A DNA stretch of 64,000 bases, from contig NC_043001.1 of NCBI RefSeq assembly GCF_006345805.1, forward strand, positions 18,724,001 to 18,788,000. The letters run 5' to 3'. This DNA comes from Octopus sinensis (taxonomy: Eukaryota). The notes beneath the pieces were generated by a model. The model made no database searches and had not been told where the DNA came from. It worked only from the letters and a program-made list of their open reading frames with translations. The translations under genes were made by a program, and so were the position numbers. Shown in pieces: positions 38,607 to 51,795 of this stretch (position 1 is the stretch's first letter; each line of letters begins with the position of its first letter).

Positions 38607-39217
38607 AATAGAGTTAATAACTTATTGACAGAAACCACTTATTTATGAAAAGAGAAGCAGGTAAACAGAAATTTGATGTTTACTTCACGACGTGATATAT
38701 AATAAAGACGTTTAATCAAAATTAAAATAATTGTAAACGACGTTTTCTATAGCTACTGAATGATGAGAGATAGTTTCTCTAACAATAGTAATAATTACGC
38801 CTGAAGGAAAAAGTTAGTGAAAGACGAGACATTTAAATAATTATATTTCTTTCTTCGAAATGAAGCACATTTGAAAGAATAATGGACATAATCAGTTGAA
38901 GGGCCTTAGAATTGGTGAGCTGCTTCTTACGGAAGCCAACAAGAAAGTCTTTAGCTGGTCGCTCGAACTTCTAGAAATAGCAGCCAAAGCTCCATCAAAC
39001 CACACAAATACGATCTTAGCAAGAAACATATTGAATAATATACACTTGGGTTCTTTGTGTACAGGAAAACAGACGTGATGTTTACGGCTGGAATGCTTTG
39101 GATCACAAGTTTGCTCAGTCACGGTTGAACTGGGGTTAAACAACAACTAGTGTTTTATTATTACACTCATTTGAACTGTGAACTAAATATGTACCAATTA
39201 TGTACAAAAGTATCAAC

Positions 39218-39545
39218 AGGCCTAGGAGTGGCTGTGTGGTAAGTAGCTTGCTTAACAACCACATGGTCCCGGGTTCAGTCCCACTGCGTGGCATCTTAGG
39301 CAAGTGTCTTCTACTATAGCCTCGGGTCGACTAAGTGAGTGGATTTGGTAGACGGAAACTGGAAGCCCCGTCGTATATATGTATAGGTGCAAGTGTGTAT
39401 GTTTGTGTGTCTGTGTTCCCACCCCCCCAACATCGCTTGACAACCGATGCTGGTGTGTTTAAGTCCTGGCGTCGATTTGCTCGACTAAAGGCAGTGCTCC
39501 AGCATAGCAGGAGTCAAATGACTGAAACAAGTAAAATAGTAAAAG
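39218..39545 (+). mobile_element. SINE family A with internal deletions
   Basis: Match to family A. Confidence 0.82.
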
Positions 39546-39777
39546 AGATAAGAATCTAAACAACATCCATTTGCTGTGTGGTATGTTATGTTTTGGGTAA
39601 ATATTAAACTCCAAAACATTGATGGGCTGACGAATAGAATTAAAACAAATTCATAGTTTCAATTAAAGAAATCATTAATGCGGGTAAGATGATTAAACGA
39701 AGCTGAGTATTAACTGACTCCAGGTTTTAACCTCTTTCGAGATAACTATAAGCTCGTATCGGTGATTCAATTAAATA

Positions 39778-40012
39778 TATATTTCTTTACTACCCACAAG
39801 GGGCTAAACACAGAGGGGACAAACAAGGACAGACAAACGGATTAAGTCGATTACATCGACCCCCAGTGCATAACTGGTACTTAATTAATCGACCCCGAAA
39901 GGATGAAAGGCAAAGTCGACCTCGGCGGAATTTGAACTCAGAACGTAGCGGCAGACGAAATACGACTACGCATTTCGCCCGGCGTGCTAACGTTTCTGCC
40001 AGCTCGCTGCCT
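39778..40012 (-). mobile_element. SINE family C
   Basis: Full monomer. Confidence 0.88.
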
Positions 40013-40819
40013 GTTCAGTGATTTAATTAAATATAATTATTCCTTTTTAACGGTTAAACTTGATGTAGATAAAGCTATGAATAATAGAGTACAAATTTTG
40101 AGTTAAAATCTCTTTGGAGGCAGTTTTCAACTTTTTTATCCAAAAGGTTTTATTAATTCAATATTTACATGCTATTATTTATAGCTTTATCTACTTCGAG
40201 TTCAACCGTTAAAATCAAATTATTTCACATCCTCTCGAAGTATCTATATTCTATGACGAAAATAATTATCCCCATTTTTTTGTGTATGAATAACATCAAA
40301 ATTTATTCCAACTGTAACAACATACATGTTAAAAATTTCTTAAGATTACATTCAGATAACTGTTGTCAAACAGATTTAGAGATATAAATGTTCTTCATTT
40401 TTCACCCTTTCCACAAATTACATTGTTCTAATCTTTTATGCACATGTTCATTACCCACACTTTTACAAGTAGATATCTATATATACATGGACACACAAAA
40501 ACGAACACATTTAAAAACATTCAGAAACATTTACTACATATGTGATACATATGGTACCTCAAACTTGCTTTAAAATTGTATGAATATACCAAGCGTTGTG
40601 TCTGGCCAAATAGGTATTATTTGCTGGTATTTAGTTTTTATTTGCCCAAATAGAAGTTCATTTTTGCAATTGGAGTCGACGTAGCTAATTGACTTACACT
40701 TGAATTGGATTCAAATGTGAAACTCATAAGAAGAATTTGGTCTGGAAGACTTTGTCTCGAGTAATTTGATAGGTATATGGCTTCACAAGGAAAATGTGGT
40801 TCTATTCAAACCTGGTATT

Positions 40820-41432
40820 TATTAGGTAGTCAAGAAAGTTCTTACGGAATTTTTAATTTTGGTTTTAAATGATATATTTTCAAATTAATTTTCGTTAAAT
40901 TACTTTGACTTTATATATAATTTTAAAGCTCATTTTTCGCTCTATCTAATCGTGTTACTCTTTTTTCTTTTTGAATAACTAGACCTTTTTTCCGGAACGT
41001 TGAACACAACATGGACAAAAAGCAAGTTTGCACAATTTTTTTTTGTCCAGTTCAAGCTAGGCCGAAAAGCTGCCGAAACAGCTCGCGATATCAACGATGC
41101 GTTTGGCCCAGAAACCACTAACGAACGTACAGCACAATGGTGGTTCAAGAAATTTCGTAGCGGTGACTACCACTTTTTCAAGCATCTCGACAACTTCCTG
41201 CGTGAGAAATGCTTCAAAAACCAAGACGATGCCAGACACGCCTTCAACGACTTCATCGCCACCAGAACGCAAGATTTTTACGCTACTGGCATAAATAAAC
41301 TTGTTTCACGTTAGCAAAAGTGTGTTGATTCTGATGGTGTATATTTCGATTGATGAAGTTTTCTTTGAGCCTAGATATGTGCATCTGAATTTAAAGGTTA
41401 AAAACCACAAGAACTTTATTGACAACCTAATA
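40820..41432 (+). mobile_element. Internally deleted Hsmar1/cecropia-like mariner
   Basis: TIRs TATTAGGTAGTCAAGAAAGTTCTT / AAGAACTTTATTGACAACCTAATA; peptide FKLGRKAAETARDINDAFG...QWWFKKFRSGD|YHFFKHLDNFL...FYATGINKLVSR resembles the Hsmar1/SETMAR transposase N- and C-termini. Confidence 0.92.
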
Positions 41433-42067
41433 GTTACACCTCTACATTCTGAGTTTAAACTCTGCCGCGTTCGACCACGCAACTCCCCCCCCCAGCAGTC
41501 AATAGAAACAAACCGGTCAAAATTCTAGCTTCCATTGAAATAACTTAACACTTCACCCACGAATTTGCTACCTTAATCTTATCTGAAAAAAGAAAATGAT
41601 ATTATTAATAGAAATGCTTATACCATTTATGTATTGAATATGAGTTTTGGAACAATTGAAACTTACATATTTTAGTTTCTATGGAAACTCAAATAAGTGT
41701 AAAGACGAGGTTATAAAATAAAGATATGAGAGCAGCTGTTATTTTGGTGTATACAATATAAATAGCCAATAAAAAAATTCGCTGAAATTTAAATACATAA
41801 TATAACTGATATATTTTATCATAAAATATATCAATAAATAAATGAATTCTTCTAATTTAGCATGTAGTTTTGAGATTATCATTGAATAAGTGATGAGATA
41901 AAACATAAGCTACACATATACCTACAGTCATAATTACAGTGTAGGAAGCTAAATGTCAACAGATGAACGAGGGAATATTTGCACCTGGAGTGAATTGCAA
42001 ATACATCAGAATCTACGGTGGCGCAGCTGTGCTGAGAAATATTATGAATCTTTACTTTTACGAAAAC

Positions 42068-42298
42068 ATTTTCTATTTCTTTATTGTCCACAAGGGGCTA
42101 AACATAGAGAGGACAAACAAGGACAGACAAAGGGATTAAGCCGATTACATCGACCCCAGTGCATAACTAGTACCTATTTAATCGACTCGAAAGGACGAAA
42201 GGCAAAGTCAACCTCAGCGGAATTTGAGCTCAGAATACAAAGACAGATGAAACGCCGCTAAGCATTTCGCCCGGCGTGCCAACGCTTCTGCCAGCTCA
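42068..42298 (-). mobile_element. SINE family C
   Basis: Monomer match. Confidence 0.85.
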
Positions 42299-42551
42299 CA
42301 TTGATGTAGTATTGGTATGTATGATATACACTATATATTAGTTTGATGTCTCACTCTTAAGACTTAAATATTCTTTTATATGGGTTTTATAGGTTTCGTT
42401 AGAAGGTGGATTCCAGTTTGAATGAGAGCAAAAGTTTGCTCGTGAGCAATCGGTTTGCTGTCCTTGATTTACGTTTTCGCTTGAAATTGAGGTAAAATTT
42501 CCTTCAAATAACATTGAGCATGTTAGATAGTGTAAACATAGATACACTATG

Positions 42552-42950
42552 GCGCAAGAGTGGCTGTGTGGTAGGTAGCTTGCTTACCAACCACATGGTT
42601 CCGGGTTTAGTCCCACTGCGTGGCACCTTGGGCAAGTGCCTTCTTCTATTGCCTCGGGCCGACCAAAGACTTATGAGTGGATTTGGTAGACGAAAACTGA
42701 AAGAAGCCCGTCGTATATATATGTATATATGTATGTGTGTGCGTGTTTGTGTGTCTGTGTTTGTCCCCTCAACATCGCTTGACAACTGATGCTGTTATGT
42801 CTACGTCCCCGTAACTTAGCGGTTCGGAGAAAGCCACCGATAGAATAAGTATTAGACTTACAAAGAGTAAGTCCTGGGGTCGATTTGCTCGACTAAAGGC
42901 GCTGCTCCAGCACGGCCGCAGTCAAATGACTGAAACAAGTAAAGAGAGTA
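42552..42950 (+). mobile_element. SINE family A
   Basis: Full length. Confidence 0.88.
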
Positions 42951-43344
42951 TGGCTGCAAAAAAGCTGGAACGCTAATGATTACATATCTGCTAAATCTGG
43001 GTAGATCTGATGCTAAAGAACAAGAATAGCTATCAAATCCAAAAGTATCTGTGTTATTAAATATCATTAATGAGAAAAGTGCATGCCACCGAGTAATTAG
43101 GTTACTGGACAATCATACGTGAGAGACTAGAAATAAATTCTAAGTCGTTGACATATATGGCCATAAGGAACAGAATTTATTGCTTAAATACTCCAACACC
43201 TAGCCTGGTACTTCACTGAAATAACAATATATATATATATAAGTTCAGCAACAATTTAGATTCAAATGAATATGGTACTTAATTTAGATGCACCAGAATT
43301 TTGTATGGTGTTATCCATAAAAATTTGCGGGGTGATTATATGTG

Positions 43345-43389
<45 letters not shown>

Positions 43390-43537
43390 TATATATATAT
43401 AATTATAACAATAAGGGTTTAGCAACAAGTTGCTTGACCACATACCGAAAATTTTGGAAATAGCAGCCAAAAGACTACTATTTCCTTTTTCTACAAAAAT
43501 ATGTCCCCACAGACAACAATATTTGTAACTCACACGT

Positions 43538-43757
43538 ACTCTATTACTCTTTTAGTCTTTTACTTGTTTCAGTCATTTGACTACGGCCATGCTGGAGCAC
43601 CGCCTTTAATCGAGCAACTCGACCCCGGGACTTATTCTTTTGTAAGCCCAGTACTTATTCTATCGGTCTCTTTTGCCGAACCGCTAAGTAACGGGGACAT
43701 AAACTCACCAGCATCGGTTGTCAAGCAATGCTAGGGGGACAAACACAGACACACACA

Positions 43758-43792
<35 letters not shown>

Positions 43793-43957
43793 GACGGGCT
43801 TGTTTCAGTTTCCATCTACCAAATCCACTCACAAGTCTTTGGTCGGCCCGAGGCAATAGTAGAAGACACTTGCCCAAGGTGCCGCGCAGTGGGACTGAAC
43901 CCGGAACCATGTGGTTGGTAAACAAGCTACTTACCACACAGCCGCTCCTGCGCCTAT
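43538..43957 (-). mobile_element. SINE family A
   Basis: Full length; inverted relative to 42552-42950. Confidence 0.88.
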
Positions 43958-44256
43958 GGCATAAAAGAAGAAAAATAATGAAATCAAACAGTCTTTGATT
44001 AATTATGGACGCGTTTCTGGATTAGAATCATAAGATACATTTCCGTTATCAACATAATATTTCGATAAATAAATCTAGAAATGCTAGGAAAACTTACCTC
44101 GTATATTTCTGACCAAGCATAATTAGAACATATAAAAGCTAATTAGCATATCCGCATTTATATAGACGAGTGAATTCGTATTTCCCTCCAAACTTTTTTC
44201 TACCACGTGAGTCACAAAATAAATTAATTATCTTTCAACCTATATCTGTAATGATT

Positions 44257-44329
<73 letters not shown>

Positions 44330-44347
44330 TATATATATGTATATATA

Positions 44348-44486
44348 CTTTATTTAAAAGCAGCAGAAATATAATAAAAGCTGATACTCGGAGTTTCACG
44401 TTCCCGTTCGTCGGACAGTTTTGACGAACGGGAACGTGAACTCCGAGTAACAGCTTTTGTTATATTTCTGGTGCTTTTAAATAAAG
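44348..44486. ncRNA. Fold-back (about 65-bp arms) made of two divergent hammerhead motifs
   Basis: Minus: CTGT-CCGACGA-ACG-GGAA-CGT-GAAA-CTC-C-GAG-TA|TCAG (44418-44381); plus: TTGACGA-ACG-GGAA-CGT-GAA-CTC-C-GAG-TA|ACAG (44421-44453). Confidence 0.72.
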
Positions 44487-44810
44487 CATATTCCTCTACC
44501 TCTGGTATTTGAGTACTCTTTTTTCCACCTTGTATCACATTTATGTGCTTAATCCAGTATATATATATTATTCCACTTAGTATTTTTCTTTTGTCTCATC
44601 CATTGCTTTAGGTCGTGCTGAATTTTATTTTTATTTGAGAACATAATCCTTGTGGAGAATGGCGATTTGACGTCTATATCTAGCATGTGACTGTCCACCT
44701 TTTGTGTTCAGTCCTTAATTGGTATATAAAATATTTTAATCTTCGGATTCTTTTTAATGTGCTAGACCACTGGTTTTAATTGACTAATATCAATTTCTAC
44801 CCTTAATTTT

Positions 44811-44880
<70 letters not shown>

Positions 44881-44883
<3 letters not shown>

Positions 44884-44961
44884 GGAAAAAAGCAACAAGA
44901 ATGGATTAAAATCTCGGTATTGTACCGAGATTTTAATCCATTCTTGTTGCTTTTTTCCTAT
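44881..44961. repeat. Perfect 39-bp-arm hairpin with 3-nt loop
   Basis: ATAGGAAAAAAGCAACAAGAATGGATTAAAATCTCGGTA-TTG-exact reverse complement. Confidence 0.95.
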
Positions 44962-45129
44962 TTGTAATCACCCCACTTGTCGTATGGTTAACATCATATA
45001 GATTTCCGGTGCATCCTAGTTAAGGACCATATTCATGTGAATTCATTAGAATTCACTTGAATCTCAATTACTTAACCGAATATATATAATATATATATAT
45101 ATACATGCATACATATATATATATATATT

Positions 45130-45460
45130 TGTGTGTTTGTGTCTGCGTTTGTCCCCACCATCATCGTTTGACGATCGATGCTGGTGTGTTTATGTCCCCG
45201 TAACCTAACGGTTCGGCAAAAGAGACCGATAGAATAAGTACTAGGCTTATAAAGAATAAGTCCTGGGGTTGATTTCTTTGACTAACACCCTTTAAGGTGG
45301 TGCTCCAGCATGGCCGCAGTCAAATGACTCAAACAAATAAAAGAATAAAAGAAAAAAGGCTAACACAGAATAAGTCCTGGAGTCGATTTGTTCGACTAAA
45401 GGCGGTGCTCCAGCATGGCCAAAGTCAAATGACTGAAACAAGTAAAAGAGAGTAAAGAGT
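45130..45460 (+). mobile_element. SINE A 3' half with duplicated 3' end
   Basis: GAATAAGTCCTGG...GACT...AAACAA occurs twice. Confidence 0.8.
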
Positions 45461-45964
45461 ATACCTTTAACTTTCTTATACTACATACCATACGTCTAAC
45501 ACTTCACTTGCTTGTGCTTTATAGATATATCTGACAGCGCTTGCGTATACACTTTCGTATTAATCAATGTATATCCTAGATATACGGTGTTAAATTATAA
45601 TCTTGAGCAGCAATTTTTCAATCATTTCGATCTTCAGTATAGCAAATAAAGTGTGAATAACTGTTGCAATACAGCATCATGTTTTAAAATTTTCTTGACG
45701 CATGAGAAATAGAAAGCATGTAGTAAAATTGTTTTAAGAGAATGATATATAAGACAATGATGATGTCCTGAACGAGTTCGCATGCAACTATGCAGAATAT
45801 TAAAAATACCCGAGATATGGCTGTGTCGTTAAGAAGCTCACTTTGGATCTATGTGTTCTCGGGAGCAATTTCGCAGCACCACATCATGAGCAAGTGTTTT
45901 CCACTATAACACCAGGTCGACCGATGCCTTGTGAGGGAATTTGATAGACAGAAAGTGTGTGGAA

Positions 45965-46465
45965 GCGAGCTGGCAGAAACGTTAGCACGCCGGGCGAAAT
46001 GCGAAATTAAGTACCAGATATGCACTGGGGTCGATGTAATCCGTTTGTCTGTCCTTGTTTGTCCTCTCTGTGTTTAGCCCCTTGTGGGTTCTAAAGAAAT
46101 GGGTATTTCGTCTGCCGCTACATTCTGAGTTCAAATTCCGCCGAGGTCGACTTTGCCATTCATTCTTTCGGGGTCGATTAAATAAATACCAGTTACGCAC
46201 TGGGTCGATCTAATCGACTTAATCCGTTTTATCTGCCCTTGTTTGTCTCCTCTCTGTGTTTTGCCTCTTGTAGGTAGTAAAGAAATAGGTATTTCGTCTG
46301 CCGCTACATTCTGAGTTCAAATTCCGCCGAGGTCGACTTTGCCTTTCATTCTCTCGGGATCGATAAATTAAGTACCAGTTACGCACAGGGATCGATGTAA
46401 TCGACTTAATCCGTTTGTCTGCCCCCTCTATGTTTAGCCCCTTGTGAGCAATAAAGAAATAAGAA
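45965..46465 (+). mobile_element. SINE family C head-to-tail multimer
   Basis: Units joined at AAAGAAAT(A/G)G|GTATTTCGTCTGCCGCTAC. Confidence 0.88.
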
Positions 46466-47279
46466 ATAAGAAACTTTGTGGAAGCAAGTCGTATAGGCGT
46501 ATATACATATGCGCACGTGAGCGTGTGTTTGTCTCAACCACCGCTTGATAACCGGTGTTAGTTTGCTTACATCCCTGTAACTGTTCGGCAAAAGAGATCG
46601 ATAGAATAAGTACCAGGCTTTAGGAAAAAAAGGTACTGGAGTCGATTTGTTCGACTAGATCCTCCAAAGTGGTGCCCCAGCATGGCCATACTCCAATGGC
46701 TTAAGCAATTCAAAGATAAAAGACAAAAAAATATTTTAAAATATCATATAATTTTCAGAGACACCGCAACAGCTCGCAGCCCATTTGCGGACTAGATATG
46801 GCGGCACACCCCTGGTCCATACACGTCGCATAAGTTTTCTAGAGTACAGAAATTGAAAACATCTGATATTGGGCACTAGACAATATACATAGTATATATA
46901 TTGACAAGGTGTGTATTTCAATCGTCTCCATATTTTGTCGTAGTTTCATTATTTGGTATTGTAATCACGAGGAGATGTTAATATATTGGTATCAAAGAGC
47001 AAATTTTATCAGGCAGAGACTGAAATAACAATATCTGGCATCCAATATTGATTTCTGGATAATCGAAATCTTTTTTTTTCCCCTCTGATATAGGCTGAAA
47101 GCTACACTATTCATATAATGTTATAAATATGTATATTAGAAAAAAATTATTCAACGTATCATTTCACACGCCATACATAAAAGAAAAACCACAAAACAAA
47201 ACACGTACTCATACCGACGCATACCTACCTACATACATGCGTGCATGTGTAGACAGGTACAGAAATACATGCGCGCGCG

Positions 47280-47780
<501 letters not shown>

Positions 47781-48645
47781 TATACGCATACATTGCTTGC
47801 TTATGACTGGCCCTTGAATTCAAGGATGACCATCTCTTCCGATTGTAGATACTTTTGTGATTGTAAAACATGATTTATACCACATACATATACACACGTT
47901 CTCACACACACCTGCGCGCTTATACACGTAACGTGTGTATGTGTGCGCGTGTGTGTGTGTGTGTATGTATATGAGTGGTTATCATGATGTTCCATTACCA
48001 TTATTACATGGGTGTGAAAACTCTTTTGCCTTATTGTCTACGATACGAAATTGTATATAAGTCAACTGCACGCAAACGTTACTGGAGCTTTGATATTATG
48101 AAGTGAAGTTCGTGATAATATTAATAGGGAGCTGAGGAAGATATAAAAAAAAATTAAATATTCAAGATAAATATCTATGAAAGAAGTAAATTTTCACACT
48201 AAAGAATTATTAAAAAGAGATATTTGTAGCATCGAAACGGATTATCAATTTTTGTCATATTTGATTTTACAGCAGCAAACAAAATTTTTTCAGGTGTAGT
48301 ACCATAAAAATAATCTCAGTGAATATGTATTGCATATTCTATCAACATAAGAGACAGGAAGGACATAATAAAATACGAATTGTGGAATGAAAAGCAGAGG
48401 AAAAATGTTAAAGAAAAAAGACAAAAATAATTTTAAAGAGAAAATTATTTTTTTGTTTTTTTTATTGTTTAGTTTTAGTTAAATTTAAGATATTGAATAA
48501 AATCGTGATTTTTCTCTTATATGACGGTATTATATGAATTGTGTTGACAAAGGCGGCGAGCTGGCAGAATCGTTAGCGTGCCGGGCGAAATGCTTAGCGG
48601 TATTTTGTCTGCCGCTACGTTCTGAGTTCAAATTCCGCCGAGGTC

Positions 48646-49150
48646 GACAACCGATGCTGGTGTGTTTACGTCCCCGTAACTTGGTGGTTCAGCAAAAGAG
48701 AACGATAGAATAAGTACTAGCCTTACAAAGAATAAGTTCTGGGTCGATTTGCTCGACTAAAGGCGATGCACCAGCATGGCCGTAGTTAAATGACTGAAAC
48801 AAGTAGAAGAGTACATTCACAAAATAGCCAGAATGTTGGTTTAGAAAATCACATATATTCATTGAAATATTATAGCCATGTCTTCTATCTGTTTCGGCCA
48901 TTGGACTATAAAAGACATGGCTATAATATTTCAATGAATATATGTGATTTTCTAAACCAACATTCTGGCTATTTTGTGAATGTACTCTTTTACTTGTTTC
49001 AGTTATTTAACTGCGGCCATGCTGGTGCATCGCCTTTAGTCGAGCAAATCGACCCAGGACTTATTCTTTGTGAGGCTAGTACTTATTCTATCGTTCTCTT
49101 TTGCTGAACCACCAAGTTACGGGGACGTAAACACACTAGCATCGGTTGTC
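48646..49150. repeat. Local inverted duplication (about 240-bp arms) including part of a SINE A
   Basis: Arms share private variants (TTGGTGGTTCAGC, GAGAACGATAG, GGCGATGCACC); spacer about 20 nt; right arm continues as a full SINE A (-) to about 49400. Confidence 0.9.
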
Positions 49151-49779
49151 AAGCGATGTTGGGGGGGGACAAACACAGACATACAAACACACACACACAC
49201 ACACACATATATACACACATATATATATACATATATACGACAGGCTTCTTTCAATTTCTGTCTACCAAATCCACTTACAAGGCTTTGGTCGGCCCGAGGC
49301 TATAGTAGAAGACACTTGCCCGAGGTGCCACACAGTGGGACTGAACCCGGAACCATGTGGTTCGTAAGCAATCTACTTACCACACAGCCACTCCTGCGCC
49401 TTTGTAGCGTATTTTATAAATACTTTCTGGTGCAAAGTTACTGTAGTTAGATCTTACATCTCCGAATTAGCAATCTAATTCCGGACGATTCTGACAAGGA
49501 AATCAAGGAGCTGATACATAGTATGCATGAGAGATGAAGGAGAGGGTATCTCTATTACCTTGTTAGTTTTTAAGACCACAAGTCGTTCTTGTTATTGCTG
49601 TTGTTGGTATTGTCATTTAGCCCTAAGCCGATTAATCTAGCAGAGCTAAGATTAAAGACAGTGAAGCCATGGCCATCCTGGTAATTTTCAAGAATAGCAT
49701 TTCTAGACGACCGCATTTTCCAATCTGTCCCTTTGAAGACAGAATGGAGAGACAAACCCCGTTGACTCCAATGACTTTC

Positions 49780-49960
49780 CTGGTCCGGTGAGATTTATGC
49801 CGTTGACATTTGTCTTGAATTCTTGCCAGTTAGCACCTGCAAGAAAGATATAAGTAAGATGGGGGTTTCAGAGGACTGACATTCCGAGAAGGAAGTATCG
49901 GGCGTGTTGGTTTGTGCAAAACACGAGATGTTGGACATACTATGGGGGATGAGAGGAGGA
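49780..49960 (-). pseudogene. Possible decayed LINE (CR1/L2-group) 3' end
   Basis: Minus-strand HLTYIFLAGANWQEFKTNVNGINL loosely resembles LINE ORF2 C-termini. Confidence 0.3.
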
Positions 49961-50061
49961 GAGACGTGCAAGATGAAAGTACCAGAGTAAGTGTGACAGG
50001 AGACCAGGAAGCTTCGAGAAACAAAGGCCATTACGGTACCAGTAATAAAGGCAGAGTGAAA

Positions 50062-50360
50062 GCGCGTGGCTTACTGGTTAGGGTAATCGACTCCCGATCA
50101 TAAGGTCGTGCGTTCGATTCCCAGCGGCGCATTGTGTCCTTGAACAACACGTTTTATTTCACGTTGCGCCAGTCCACCCACCTGTATTTCAAAGTGCCAG
50201 CCCTGTCACATTCTGTGTCACGCTGAATCTCCCTGAAAACTTCGTTAAGGGTACGCATGTCTGCGGAATGCTCAGCCACTTGAACGTTAATTTCACGAAC
50301 AGGCTGTTCCGTCGATCGGATCAACTGGAACCCTCGTCGTCGTAACCGACGGAGTACCAC
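50062..50360 (+). mobile_element. tRNA-headed SINE with a different body but the T1 tail
   Basis: Head GCGCGTGGCTTACTGGTTAGGG...GTTCGATTCCC, TGTGTCCTTGAACAACAC body, then the T1 tail of 52-411. Confidence 0.8.
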
Positions 50361-51163
50361 TTTTTAAGTAAGGCAGAAAGATGAGGTAGCACGTATTTGG
50401 ACCAGGGGATGGGGTACATCTGTGTGTGACGTGAGTCAGTCAGTCAACCCTTGTTTTAGTGCAGCAGCACCGCACTAGACGGAGGGACTCTATTGTGGAA
50501 TTCACCGGAGCTTTGTTGAAATTTGCTGAATGTTAGTAACATAGCGGAGATATTTTCTGTTTCTGAATAGAAGATTCAGTCTGTGTGAGATGCACTGCTA
50601 TATTAAAGGTGCTGTTTTCCCAGCAGACATTTTCGGTATCGCAAGTATAACATGGGTATTCGCACGGGGTCTTGTGTGCTGCTCATATAAAAGCAGGATG
50701 AGATGCGATAACGTTTTCTTGGTAGGAAAAATATTTTTTCTGCTGACAGAGACAAGGCTAATATGTCTCTGTTGGAAGATGCTTTTGATGTCTATGTTTA
50801 CGGAGTTAATTAGGTTTGGTGTGTGGTGTCTATGTCCACCATAAACACATTGATTTTTTTATGAAATGAAAACATCTATTTATCTTCTTGGTCAGCTAAT
50901 CGATTCACCAATGTTGGATTTTCACGGTTTCCTCTAATCATTTCGACGAAAAATAAATATCGTATGTCGATGTATAACGTAATCGATGCATAAAACTATT
51001 TCCGAAATTTCCATTTCAAATCCGTTTTGAGCTGTATTCATTAAATAGGACCGTCTGAGAGGTTTTCACAATAATGAGTTACAAATTGGGTTTCAGATCA
51101 ACGTATAGAAATGTTTCACACACACGTGTTGTTTTTAGCAAGTTCAATATACATTGATTTTAG

Positions 51164-51795
51164 GGCGGTGAGCTGGTAGAATCGTTAGCATGCCGGGCGG
51201 TATTTCGTCTGTCTTCATGTTCTGAGTTTAAATTCCGCCGAGGTCGACTTTGCCTTTCATCCTCTCGGGGTCGATAAAATAAGTACCAGTTGCGTACTGG
51301 GGTTGATCTAATCGACTGGCCCCCTCCCCACCAAATTTCGGGCCTTGTGTCTAGAGTAGAAAAGAATATAAATAGAATTTAGGGCGGTGAGCTGGTAGAG
51401 TCGTTAGCACACCGGGCGAAATGGTTAGCGATATTTCGTCTGCCGTTACCTTCTGAGTTCAAATTACGCCGAGGTCGACTTTGCCTTTCATCATTTCGGG
51501 GTCGATAAATTAAGTACCAGTTTCGCACTGGGGTCTATGTAATCGGCTTAATCCGTTTGTCTGTCCTTGTTTGTCCTCTCTGTGTTTAGCCCCTTGTGGG
51601 TAGTAAAGAAAAAGGTATTTTGTCTGCCGTTACCTTCTGAGTTCAAATTCCGCCGAAGTCGTTTTTGCCTTTTATCCTTTGGGGGTTGATGAAATAAGTT
51701 ACGTACTGGAGTCTATGTAATTGACTTAATCCCTTTGTCTATCCTTGTTTGTCCTCTCTGTATTTAGCCCCCTACGGGCAATAAAGAAATAAATA
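51164..51795 (+). mobile_element. SINE family C cluster (monomer plus dimer)
   Basis: Three cores, two tail variants. Confidence 0.88.
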
